A stretch of 61,756 nt of DNA, the filler included, from Circinaria calcarea (taxonomy: Eukaryota), in NCBI GenBank assembly GCA_051942165.1. It is 4 parts of 4 records of this genome, joined end to end, with 100 filler letters (N's around TTAATTAATTAA, not from the genome) between each part and the next. Parts side by side here need not be neighbours in the genome. Positions count along the whole stretch, not along the records: positions 1 to 15,400 come from JAVECS010000366.1; positions 15,501 to 30,861 come from JAVECS010000367.1; 2 more parts are not named here. One strand, 5' to 3'. Both the position numbers and the translations under genes were made by a program. Each line of letters opens with the position of its first letter. Position 1 is the first letter of the stretch. This document shows, one piece after another, positions 12,066 through 24,517 of the stretch. A model generated the notes under the pieces. It made no database searches and was not told the origin of the DNA. It saw nothing but the letters and a program-made list of their open reading frames with translations.

Positions 12066-13466
12066 TACGTCCTAGGGTTTTAACCCCGTTCTCCAGATGC
12101 TAATATTCTCAGTGATCGCCGATAAAGGAACGGCGAAAGAAGACGTCGAACGACTGGCAGATCCGACGTCGGGCCCGAGAAAGTCTGCAGATATCACGGT
12201 TATAAAGCTCTGTCAATGCTTTTGGGTCGATCATAAGGAACAAACGAAGTTTCTTCAGATTGTCGTTTTTCTAAGGAACGAATACCTTTAAAATAGAATA
12301 TTTATAACTAAGGACAGTTGTTGTATATATGATAAGACCCGACGGTTTCGCAAGGGGTCGCTACGGCATAGCCCAAAGGGGAGAAGTATCATGTCGGTAG
12401 CCGGAGGGTAAAGTCCCTTATATCCCTAGCCATCAGTTTCCTGATTTTTCTTACTTTAGCATACAGCGGAGGTTCGCCCGGATAAACCGTCGTGTTGAGA
12501 TCTCCAGATCTAAATTAATAATGATGCCGAAAATAAAACAGAAAGGTCGGCTAAGCGCGTAGGAGGCATCTAAACCTTCTATAAGTTGAAGGTGATAAAG
12601 GCCTTGCTCCTTGTAGAGCGGGGTACCTTAATGATGAAAGCTGGAAGCGCGGGTTCGGAAGAAAGGTTAAAATTGATGTGGGAGGCAGCTATTATGTTAA
12701 ACCACGATATGACCAAGAGAGAAAGGTATATGTATAAGGAGTACGTATAATGCGTATGATATATACGAGAGAATAGTGCTAATGATAGTCTTATATAGTG
12801 GGAGATTCGTCCTTGGCAAAGGGCCTTATGCCCACGCAGGGGAAGTCGCCCAGATACCAGTCGCGGATCCGGATGATCCCCTCCACCACTACCTAAAATA
12901 CGAAGCCGAAGCTCACGCCTCGGGACCTTGCAAAAGGCAAGCAGCCGTTCACGCAACCACCGCGTCCAATAAGTGAAGATAACGATAACGAGGAGGAAGA
13001 AGAGGTAGAGCGAGTGGAGGCGTTCAAGGCAAAGGCAAGATGATGACAGACGAGATAAGGAAGAAAAGAAAAATGGGAAGCTGGAATAGTTTTAACTCCC
13101 CTATATATGAGCTTGATGACGGGTAGATAACTGGCTTTTAGAACGGTGCTCATCCAGTAATCGATAACGGGCAGGATGAAGAAAGAATAGCAAATTTGTC
13201 TCCTTTTGCACCTAAATTGCTATTGCGCTCCGGTTTAGAAAAATGAAAGCGAGGACGCCCAAAGAAAGTGACACCGAAAGAGAATGTTTAAAGGTTCCAT
13301 TTCCGTTGGTATGGATTTGGCAGCATTTACCAGTATGCGTCAGAAGTAACCACCCTCTTCTATTGTTGGACTCTCCACTGGCTTCTGCAACTAGAAGCTT
13401 TCATTCTTTTTTGGGTATATCTAGATCCTTCTCCTCCGGAGTAAACTCCCGGAAGTCCCAGGGTCA

Positions 13467-13660
13467 CGAGGAGCAGAGGAAAGCCGAAGAGGCGGAATCC
13501 ATGGCGAAACAAGAGGCCGTAGACGAGGCGACAAGAATCGCGGCGGAGAAGAAAGCGAAACATGCAAGAATAGCGATATCTGGTGAGAAAGTTCCTACAT
13601 AGCCGGCAGAAGGTTCCGGGACGGAGAAAAAGAGATACAAGCAATGAAGATTCCCGGATT
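13467..13660 (+). pseudogene. Duplicated 3' fragment of the 9804-10778 gene
   Basis: Direct nucleotide-level copy of 10598-10790 (EEQRKAEEAE..AKQ.A.D.A.RIAAEKKA.H..IA.SG.KVPT) with GAG>TAG at 13600-13602. Confidence 0.85.
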
Positions 13661-14640
13661 GTTTGTTTTTTCAGATAACCCTTATGTATACAAGAAGGTC
13701 TCCGGCTATGGCAGCGGTGATGTTGGAGTGTGGATTCAATTCCTGCGTATACGGATGGATGGTCGTTGAAAGAGAGTTCGAGACTTGGCACGCTAGAATA
13801 GAATGGTCCGACAGGCTTAGCATTTTTGCCTCATGCATCACACGAGACCTGAATTACAGACCACGCGTCTCTTTTAATTTGATTTGCGCAACAAAGACTG
13901 AACATATGACTGTACTCTAGCTATCACAGAGTTCCCACTTGATCTATCAATCTTTACTCTCCTTTACCGTCTCTCTATGCCAATATGCAATGTAATACCC
14001 ACACTTTCTGGTTCTCCCATTTCCTTCTCCCCGTACCCCGCCCATTGTTCACTCCCACATCACCCGTCGTACAGCACCCCTACTCCCTTTTCTCTTCCCC
14101 TTCTCCCTCCTACACCAGTAACCTAACCTCCTCCCCATTCCACAGCACAAAAATGAACACAAAATTGATTAACTATGCATTATCTCCAATTCCACTGAAC
14201 TCCTTTCATAAAATATCTACCAAAGCACACAGACAACGAGATTCCCGTTGGGAAGTTCGGATAGGATTAGGGATGAAAGTTGCTGGCCTTGGGAGGGTTG
14301 GTAAGACTGGGGAGGACGTGTGGATGGAGGAGAACGAGAATGGTGCCAGCACTGAGAGGAGCTAGGAAGGCAAGGAAGGAAATGGCGGGAAGAGGAACTT
14401 TCTCGTAGGAGGATCTGTTCTATATAGCGCGTTCCGCGTCTCGACCACATTGCACATCATCGCTCAAAGACATTCGAAATGCCAGATTCAAGTATTGGAT
14501 ACTCAGAGTAGAAGTGAGATCATGCGGTGGATGCCACTAAAGTTGGGGAGGGGGACCTTTATCATGCGTATCATCATCGTTCACGTTGAATATCCCAGCC
14601 ATGCAGTTTCTTTCCCTGGCTTCATAGGTCCAAGTATCCC

Positions 14641-15400
14641 TCAACCCACACTACTCCCCTTCCTCACCTTCATCATCTGCCGATACCCTTCTACCACACT
14701 CTTCCTCGTCTCGCCCAACTCCTCCCTCCGCCTCAGACTCCCCGCTGCACTCGGTACATCCAAAACATTGATCTTTGCCCCGTTTTGGATCTTAAATTTA
14801 TTCTTTGGGACTTTTGAGAATTGCGGGGGTGCTTGCACGACATCGTGTAGACCGACTAAACCCCCAGATGTAGTTTGTGCACTTTGAGGTTTCCCCACTG
14901 CGGTCCATGGATCTTCGTCATCACTATCTTTTCGCCTTTTACCCTTTTTGGATGAAGCGGATTTGGGTATCCGACTGCTGATCTTCAGGTCTTCGTCTTC
15001 GTCCTCGGCTTCCTCCATCGCCTCCTCTAGTTTCTCCTTCCTCCGCGCTTCGACCTCCCGCCACTCCTTCTGCATCCGCTGCATTCTTTTCTCCATCTTC
15101 GTCTGTGGCGTCTTGACACCCGGTAGTCCTTTCCCACCTTTTCCAATTAGCCCGGAGACGGGTAATGCGGCGTCTACCCGAGCGGCGAAATCGGACATCC
15201 TCTCACCGGGCATGATGTGTGGAATTTTGGGATCTGTGACAGGGTCTGTAGGTTGCGCGGTGGATTCAGAAGGTTCGGCTAGTCGCTTTCGCTTCTTGGA
15301 CTTTATGATCCCGTCGTCGAGGCCTGGGCGGGGTTTGATGCCCTGGGTGAATGCCATGAGGCGGGCGAATGCGCGGGGGGTGTCATCGTTGGCGGGATCT
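14641..15400 (-). CDS. Conserved fungal nuclear-type protein (UPF0653 / S. pombe C607.02c-like), 5'-partial
   Basis: Open frame running into the gap, with motifs DDTPRAFARLM, IMPGERMSDFAARVDAALPVSG, GLHDVVQAPP and SLRRREELGETRKSVVEGYRQMM. The family name is from recall. Confidence 0.7.
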
Positions 15401-15500
15401 NNNNNNNNNNNNNNNNNNNNNNNNNNNNNNNNNNNNNNNNNNNNTTAATTAATTAANNNNNNNNNNNNNNNNNNNNNNNNNNNNNNNNNNNNNNNNNNNN
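15401..15500. other. Artificial contig linker (44N-TTAATTAATTAA-44N)
   Basis: Identical 100-nt linker occurs three times; the 12-mer puts stop codons in all six frames. Confidence 0.97.
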
Positions 15501-16047
15501 GCCACTTACTCCATAGTAGTAATCCGGCAATAGCTATTAAACAAAGCCATCTCACAATTAATCCAGATGTTTCACTCCAAGAGACCGAAAAAGATACGGT
15601 AGTAGTTTTGAAACTCTTAATCCGTTTTCATTCTGTTGGAATCTTGGATATCTAATCAATGCAAGAAAATACTGTGCTGATAATGCTTGTAAGCTTGAAC
15701 AGAGCCCGACGCAGCGCCTTTACAACCTCCAAGTTTGAGAAAACTGGCCCACAACAGCGTACCATTCTGTGGCCTGCCGTTCCATCCGCTCATCAGCTCT
15801 GTCGAACCTCCTCATGATAATAATCACTGTGACTGCAAGATCTTCGGCCTGAACGTGCATCGGCCTGGCGGGAGGTCATTGGTCATCGGACATGGTTACG
15901 TTATGAGGCCATCCATAAGTTGATGCCTTCTCATCCATTTAGAACCGCGGACCAGCACTCCTTACTATTACAATCCAAACACCGAACCGAAGCATACTTG
16001 TCCGAGAAACTCATAGGGTAAACCCACTCTTGATAGACTGTAATATG

Positions 16048-18074
16048 TCAGTTATGATCCTCGTAATCAAGATTGGAACACAAACTTGGGCCTTGCAGAG
16101 GTGGTGATAGTCGTTCTTTCGAAGATAAATCAATAACTGCATATTTGGTGATAAGGTTGTTCTGAATCCAAGGATAGTAACTGCCGTCAGGAAGGAATCT
16201 ATTGACGTGTTGCTTCATGCGGTCACCAGCCCTCACTAATTCTATGCCCTAGTATACGTTTTCGTTGATCTGAACTCTAAAGTCGATTTTGCCATCCGGA
16301 TCTTTTCCTGTCCATTCGGATTGGACGTAGTTATCGCCGAGGACCTCGAACAAACACCGATAGAGTTCCTTCCCAAAAGCGTCTTCAGACGGTATTTTTT
16401 TGGGTCCAATATCATAGAGCTGAGAGGCTTCTTGCTGTGCGTAAAGTAATGCCCGAGCACTGAATCGGCGAACCACTGTTTCTAGTAACTCCTCAATTGT
16501 ATGATATTTGCTAACTGGAAAAGGAGCTCTCGATGAGCTAAGCCGATGCTCCTAGTATCTGATAGTTTGTTATCACACTAAGGTATAAGAAATTTTTAAA
16601 GAAAACTACCTTCTGTGCAGTGGACTTGGAAATGAGTACACAGTATCATCGTCTATCTGCTCGATTTGCAGTAGACCAACTATATAGAGAAATCTCAGGG
16701 CATGACCGTTTTCACTAGTCTTTACAACGGCACCTGACACCATCACCTTTTTGAATTCTCTCTAGGCTGTGTTTTTTGGGATTTCTGGAATTGAGAATTT
16801 TGGCAGCAGCGCTCTTATCTTTTCGTTGTACTGGTTCAGGTCCTGCAGTATATCTACTTGTGTCCTGAAGGATCGTTGGGCTACTCCTACACTGAAAACC
16901 CTGAAGATGTGTGATCGATCTTCGAAAACCTCTTTGGCGATATTTGCACTTATTGGGTTCTTTTCGCTCGCTTTACTCATCCGATTCTAGAAAAGATCAG
17001 CTAAAGACCTTCATACCTTCTTATAACTCGAGAAAACTCACATATTCATATAAATAATCCAGAGCCCTATGCAAACAGCCAGCATGACCAACAGCAATAG
17101 CAAAAAGATACTCCCTCGCCTCCGAGTCGACCTTGAACGGTTTGTGCTTACGATGTTCGCATGAATCGATTGCACCTTGAAACTCGGATGCAGTGAAGAG
17201 TAAACTTGGTTTACCTATTTCGCGTATGAAACCTAAACGCTATGATGAAGACAACGTTATATTCGAAGGACTACTTTCGGATGGTTCTAATTCGCGATCT
17301 CAAGGTTTTCCCGATGGACTTCCCGGACACAGAAAAGAACATAATACGGTGTATTTGTAACTGACACCGATATGTCCTTGTTTAATTTCATACGCTCGCA
17401 GAACATGTAATCTGATAAGTATGTTGCCCTTCGTCCAATATGATAATTAGCTTATTATCTTGCTTAATCTTGATGTTTTTATCCGTCGCGTTCCATACAT
17501 GAATCATGTTAGTTACAACGCACGCTGTATGGCTTAACAGGGGAGCCTTGGAGTCCGGATGCAGAGGGGCTGGCATGGCAATATAGATTACCTTTTGTTC
17601 GATTTCTGCGGAATTATTGATGTACTGTACTAATAACATCGCTAATGTGGTCTTGCCAGTTGCTGGTGTTCCACGGATGTGCAAAATTAACACGATTGTA
17701 CCAACAAGTTATATAATTGTCGACATGTCTCAACACGAGGGTAAGCCTGTTATATAAATGGTTGAAAGCCTTACATTGTCTCTTGCATCTGCTCTTGCAA
17801 CGTCCGTTTCACCTTCTCTTGCATCACCACTTACACGGGACTGGGCGGATTAATAGCGGGTGAAGGGAAGCCTATTCAGTCACTAATTAGAATTCACCTT
17901 TATAGTTATTTTAATATTCTTACCAAGGCTACCGTCCATGTATTCTTCGTGTATTTCCATTGAATGACCACATTCGCTGCACACCGCATCATCCGGCATC
18001 ATGCCATCACTACTAATAAATTCACTAGCAGGACAGCTGCATGTCTTTCCCTACCCGCAAGCGCCTCTTCTCAT
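16048..18074 (-). pseudogene. Crinkler(CR)-like P-loop NTPase + PD-(D/E)xK nuclease pseudogene with Cys/His N-terminal module
   Basis: N-terminus MRRGACG*GKTCSCPA...VCSECGHSMEIH; Walker A HIRGTPATGKTTLAMLL; Walker B IIILDEGQHTY; YLFAIAVGHAG; FPSPLH; C-terminus PSEDAFGKELYRCL..QSEW..GKIDF..*GIELVRAGDRMKQHVNRFLPDGSYYPW. Premature TAG stops at 18051, 17240, 16762 and 16249. Confidence 0.75.
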
Positions 18075-18810
18075 CTGAGTTTATATTAAGGTAATCTTAG
18101 CTGATGGCTGTAATCGAGAGAACGATTGAGGCTAGAATCGCGGCAGTAATTTAAAAAATAATCGGGGTAGTGACTTTTCTGATCGTTTAGACTTAGACTC
18201 TACCGATACTGCGTAATATATGGAGAAATTAATTACTCATAATTCAAGCTATTAATTCTAGCGCTTATCGCGCCTAGCTTACTAATCTAGTGTATTAAAT
18301 ATTATTATGGAACAAATTTTATTTCCCGCGCTAAAAATAACTTAGCACAGAATATAGAGTAAATATATGGAATGGTTCTATGCAAACGGAGCGGCACACT
18401 CACCCCCCGCTTCGCCAAAGCGGGGTAAGAAGAATGAATAGTAGACGGGAGGCCCCCCAATTCTTTCTGCTTTCTGCATTACTATTATTCTTCGCATTGC
18501 TCGCCGCTGCCAAAACTGCATTACCCACCCTCCACTCCCTATATATATAGTCACTTCAATGTGTACGTAACGGCCATTTAATAAGGAATCCCTTCTGTAT
18601 ACGGGCCGAACCCCTATCAGAACCCTCCCGGGGGCCTCCATTTTCTACGAAAATCGGTAGGTGGCGATCCCTTATTAATATGCCTATGCCCAAATACCAA
18701 TACTGAACCCCCCTCACTAGTTTACGAACGTAATAGTGAAAGTGCATAAAAAGGAGTTAAACATATTATGTACATAGTTTCTACTAAGTCGTATTTGGTT
18801 AATTACGCGT

Positions 18811-19064
18811 CACGCGGGTGACAAAATTCTCGGCACACCAAAACTCCGCCTCGTCTAAATTCCATAGAACACCACATACAATTACTTAATAATTATAGGA
18901 AATTCGTGATTGAATTTATGATTCCAAGAATAGGAAAGGTGACTCAACGTTTCCTCGGCATTTTACATAGAAATTATATGTGGTGTAGCGGAGAAAAGTC
19001 AATATGTTGCGTAGAATTAGGTGGGGAGAAATTTTGATGTATTAAGAATTTTGTCACCCGCGTG
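18811..19064. mobile_element. MITE-like element (254 bp) with terminal inverted repeats
   Basis: Perfect 20-bp IR CACGCGGGTGACAAAATTCT (18811-18830 / 19045-19064), extending imperfectly inward with mostly transition mismatches; AT-rich non-coding interior. Confidence 0.7.
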
Positions 19065-19321
19065 CGCGTGTAATTTGAAAATTTATATAAATAACCGAGC
19101 GACAGGTTTAATAAAATACACGTATATGGTCCATAAAGTAAAAGCTTAAGCCAGCTGCTTATGTAGGCGATCAAGTGATAAATAAGAACAAATACTACTG
19201 CTATTATTATTACTATCATTATTTACTTCTGCTATGCTGCTCCTCATGCCACCACCACTATTACTACCATTTCCAGCCTCAACAGCAGGTACCTTGACTG
19301 TTGTTCGGGCCTCCTTCTTTA

Positions 19322-19798
<477 letters not shown>

Positions 19799-19998
19799 AT
19801 AAGAGGCCAAGTAATAATCGAGAACGATGAGATGTCTGTAGCCTTTTCGTCCGTTTTATAATAATACTTGCTCGGGAGCTCTATATTAAAAATTAGAATG
19901 CGTTAAATGTTGTAAGCAGATTAATAGATTTTCATATATTAATACTAATCCGTGTAGTAATTAGCGTCAGCTGTTTGGTTGTAGATAAGAAATTTCTA

Positions 19999-20197
19999 AA
20001 AGTATGGAGCAAAAATTACCGGACACCCGGAATTTTTTCTAAGTTCGCTCACCGCAGGGTAAATTAATAATACATGGGTGTGCAGTATTAAAATGCAGTG
20101 TATCACGGCTAATTTGGCGAGGTGGGCTGTAATTTGCCCTGTGGTGAGCGAACTTAGCAAAAATTCCGGGTGTCCGGTGACTTTTGTTCCATACTCT
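19999..20197. mobile_element. Tc1/mariner-type MITE (199 bp), ~68-bp TIRs, TA target duplication
   Basis: AGTATGGAGCAAAAATTACCGGACACCCGGAATTTTTTCTAAGTTCGCTCACCGCAGGGTAAATTA (20001-20066) pairs with its reverse complement ending at 20195 with 6 mismatches (5 transitions). TA flanks both sides (19997-8, 20198-9). Confidence 0.85.
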
Positions 20198-21469
20198 TAC
20201 ATTCTCAAACCATGCGTGGTAGGCTTTCGGCCACTACACCCTATACAAGGTAGATGCTATGCTTTCGGGAATAAGTCCATTTGATTTCTATATTAATGTT
20301 TATGTATTATATTGACATTAATTTCAATGCACTACGGTTGCTGGAATCTATGCTAACTGACTTTCGTAACTATGTTATTTTCTTTCCTTTTTTCTTGGCT
20401 GGTGGTTCTACTAACTCCGTTGCAGATCTACTCACTCCTAGAGCGTTAACGTGACGGCTTCAAAGATGCAAGGCGTCGACGTCGCTTCTGCAGCCGGCGT
20501 CTCCTTTCGCTTTGGTAGAGTCGATGCAGCTGGATCCTCTATTCCTTCTTCCATCCAGCTTACTTGCTCGTGTCCCTGCCTGCTCCGCGCCTTCTTCAAC
20601 ATTTCGAGACTCGCCTTGCTGCCTGACTGCTTCCTCCCCCGTTTCTTTTGCTGCATGTGCGGGTGCCTCTGCCTTTATCGATCTGCCCCACCAGCGGGAA
20701 TTTACTGCATCCGGCGGCTGGGTTTGAAAAAGGAGGTCGAGGAGGGAATATAAACATGAGTTGCTCAGCAACCAAGCGATGTCTGTCCTTGCCGGCAAGG
20801 TACGTCTTCCTGTGCCTGGTGTTCCTGGCATCTTCTTCTGGTTTGCTGGCTTTGTATGGTAGATGCTGATATTAAGCAGTAACCCAGTGTGCTCTTCCTG
20901 CTGGACCTGAACCCCTCCCCTCATATACCAACTGAATTGGACTTCTTCTGGATCGTTTACCAGTGCCCAACTGGCTTCAGCTTCGCTGTCGCGACCATCT
21001 TAATTGTCCTCCAGGCTTAAAGTAGGACTATGTGGAGGAGCCAAACAGCATGGCATCTTCTTCCTCGTGCCGTTCCAGTTAGGCTAGAGCTCGTGTCCAT
21101 CTATGGTCTTTTGAATTGACGGTGCAAGAGCCCCTGTCCGTCTGTCTTACAGAATAGCAGTGCTAACAACTTCTCCTAGTACTCCGCTTCCGTCGTCTCC
21201 GTTGCCATCGGCGCCTTCATCATGCTCAACATCACCGAAACCTCGCTGCTCCTTCTCATCCTCCATGACAATGCCATTCCCATGTGGCGTTGCTCTTGTC
21301 TGCATTTCCTGCGGAATCGTTTTCTTCGTCGCTTGCCGATTTACACGTTTTCCTATGATACTTACTGCTCCCGCAGTAAGAGCACCGCTAGATCTTAATT
21401 TCCGTGTTTGATAACCCCTTTCCGAATACGCATCTTTCTTAGCCTTCCCTTTTACTTGACCCATCTAAG

Positions 21470-22800
21470 AGCTAGAACAAATTGCCATCTTTCAAGTCCT
21501 CAAAGCGGACCAGGGCAATGATCATCATGTAAGTGTTCCTATAAACTTCCCACCTTGTAGAGGTCACTGACACAGGCTTCCGACTCGAAGTTGTACTCTC
21601 AGCATATCTAATCAAGTGCCTGCAGAGTAAATTCCCTGTCTTGAAACGCCCGGCAAGTACACATTCCTTCTTGCAATCAAACGGTTACTGATGTATTCCT
21701 AGGAGAACAAGTGGCGTTATGGAACTGAAGGGCTTGATATAATTCTCCTGGAGGGCAAACTCCGGTTTGAGATATGCTTTCGCCGAGTCCGTGGTTCGAT
21801 TTGTCCTATGCTGCTTACGCTGTCTAGAATAGATCTTCTGCATTATACCCTTCCATTGCGGTTACGAAGATAGATTGCATGTAAGTTTCGTGCTTTCAAC
21901 CATTGTGCATTGACTGACTCTTGTATACTCGATGTTACATGTCCAAATTGAGGCAAAGGAATGCTGATGCCGCTTACCGCTTTGGGTTGACCAGCGATGT
22001 GTTGGCAGCAACTGCTTTGAAGAGCGATAGGGAAGTCGCTTCTGACCTCTTTCATGGTATCCTTAAGTCTATCACGGTCCTACTCCATCTCGCCGAACCA
22101 AGGCAGTAAGAGACGGATGCCCCCTAAAAACCATGTTATAACGTTTTCTGCCCGAACCGCCATAGAGATAGCCAACTTAACGCTGTTCTCGTCCAAGATG
22201 GTGATGGCTTATAACAGTAGACGATATGGAGCTCGTCAATGCTTACCATCTAAGGCTACGAATTAACGGCAATGGCGAGTCGTTTCTCTGAAAATCGATG
22301 AGTCTTCACTTCTGTCTCAAGCTTGATAGGAGCATCTCAAAAACTGATAGTAATGCAGGTAACCGTCGATGCGACTCTTTCTCATTACCGAACTTAAACG
22401 TACGACTAATCTGGCAAGTTCGCCAGTATTGTATATGTCTCGTTCGATTGCCGCGGGCATTATCTCTTTGGTTTCCAGTTTTATATAAAGTATGTTGGTA
22501 TCATCAGCAATGAGCTCCCGAATAAACTGGTTGGTGGCTACGCACTTGACCGAATCAGGTACACGCCATCCGCCATGAGCACTCGACTGATAAATATGCG
22601 ATATAGGGCGGTAAGTTCTCTTCCATTCGTCAGGCTGATTCTAATTCGAAACTCGCACAATTCATGCTGCCGTCGTTTGCAAAGCAAACCTGGCTAACCG
22701 TTCTCGCAAAAGACACCCTGCTCAACAACCCAGCACGTTTCTAACGATTTGGCTTCTTACGTCGACGGCCATATCATTCTAATGCTTATGGCTGCATAGG
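21470..22800 (-). mobile_element. Mutator/MULE DDE transposase relic (with SWIM finger)
   Basis: Minus-strand translation across stops and frameshifts gives RHCR*FVALDGKH*RAPYRLLL*AITILDEN...AENVITWFL (first catalytic D region), DRDRLK, GHVTSSIQESVNAQWLKARNL (catalytic E region), and GMCTCRAFQD..LCRH..YRNTY (SWIM). Boundaries are approximate. Confidence 0.8.
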
Positions 22801-24517
22801 AACAGCGATTTGAGCCATTCCAAATAGCAATAGGATACGAAGAGAAGGATATTAAGTGGTGAAGCGGAAGAACAATGTGAATGATTGCGAGCAGGTCTAG
22901 GAAAGAGGCGAGTTGGACATCCCATTACAATAGCAAATAGAGCAAGTAAAGCGTCAACCCTTGCTTGTTTATTTATGAGTCATCTACTAACGATTATTGG
23001 TAACTAGGGTTGCGCTGCGGAGCGACTTTGGAGCCTTCGGCGGAGGGAAAAACCTGTAACGATAGTGATAACGTCGGTAGTACGTGGAACTAGTGAATTG
23101 AATCTTGAGGGCGCGTGGTAGATGTTCGCCGTTTGGGTTACTCATTACGGTGTTCGCATCCTATTGCAGTCACACACAACCAATATGTTCAAAGGAAAAT
23201 ACGTACCCTAGACATTTTTTAATTGAACTGAGCACTACCTCAGGCTTACCCTCCGAGTAAAACAGAATTCTCCCAATCCTACAATTCAGGCAGCTGCCCA
23301 TGCACGTGTAAGCCTATGGTTCATCTACACGTAATGGTGCTCGACCCAGGAGAAAATCAGGGTGATTTAACTATATCATAACGGTGAATCAACACCTTAC
23401 GTTCGAGAGAGTAAAAAGAAAGGTTTTCATTCGGTAAACATCCTGCTCCAGCGCGGCCAATTCGCTTCAGCTGTCCGCGCTCTTCAATAATCTTGGGCGG
23501 CAGTGGTAATGCTGTGGTTGGGGAGGCGAGTTCCGCTAGCAGCTGTAGGAAGAGACCCTCTAGCTTAGGCTCGATTTTCGGAGTACTATCACTGTCCTTA
23601 GTGCCGCAATTAATCTATAAATGCTGAGAAGGCAGCTTGAGCTCGTCATGGCTGCTCTGCCCGTGGTTCTCTTTCGGTGGAGAGATTACATACGGCGCTA
23701 TTAGCTCGTCGTCCTAATAGCTGGTACCTTCTGGGTCTTCGTGAATGAAAAGGTGGCTGGTGAGGATGCCGTTGGGAAGGCGTGCTGTGCTGCCTTGAGA
23801 ACGCGGACAGTGCAGCTAGATGATCTCGCTAAAAGGGGAGAAGGGGTAGACAGTCTTGGTCATCGGCCATTAAAGTTCCGGGTAGAAAAGGGGGGCACTG
23901 GCAGCCTCACAAGGCTGTACGTAGGGTTGCACTATCCACCAATCGAGGCTGGTGTACAAAAGTCATTTGCCGCTGAAAGATAATCAGTATAATTGGGGTG
24001 TGCGTTCTTATTACCTATAGATCGAGTCTTGCGAATCGGATTTCTGCTACGTATTGGTAGTATAAGCTTAATGTCTTTGGTTATTCGACGGACTATGGTT
24101 CTTATGTGAGGGGTCCTCCAATACTATATTGTTAATTCCAGCCGCGACTTCTGCTCACCCGGCTCGATTGCGAGCTGTACTAGCATAAAGCTGCAGCAGC
24201 AAACAGCATAGTAATAGCATGCGCTATATAACAGTAGAAAGCATGCGGCAGAGTATCTGGCATAGCAGCATGGCATGAAAGCATGGTATAGCATGGTACG
24301 GAAAATAGCATTGTATAGAGCATGGAAAGCATATATACCGTAGCATACATCGTGTTACACAGAATTGGCTTGAAAGCACGCCCAAGCTACAAGCCCAGCA
24401 CGGCAGAATCGACATGCTATTGGCAGATGCGTGCCAACTTTAGCTATGAACTCAGCAAAGCCCATTTATTCTTCCCCTATAATGTAGCTAGGTACATGTC
24501 ATTATAGCTCCTCCAGA

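Noticed and set aside
15445..15456. TTAATTAATTAA palindrome as a regulatory or recombination site
   Set aside because: It lies inside N-padding and recurs identically at each join; it is an artificial linker.
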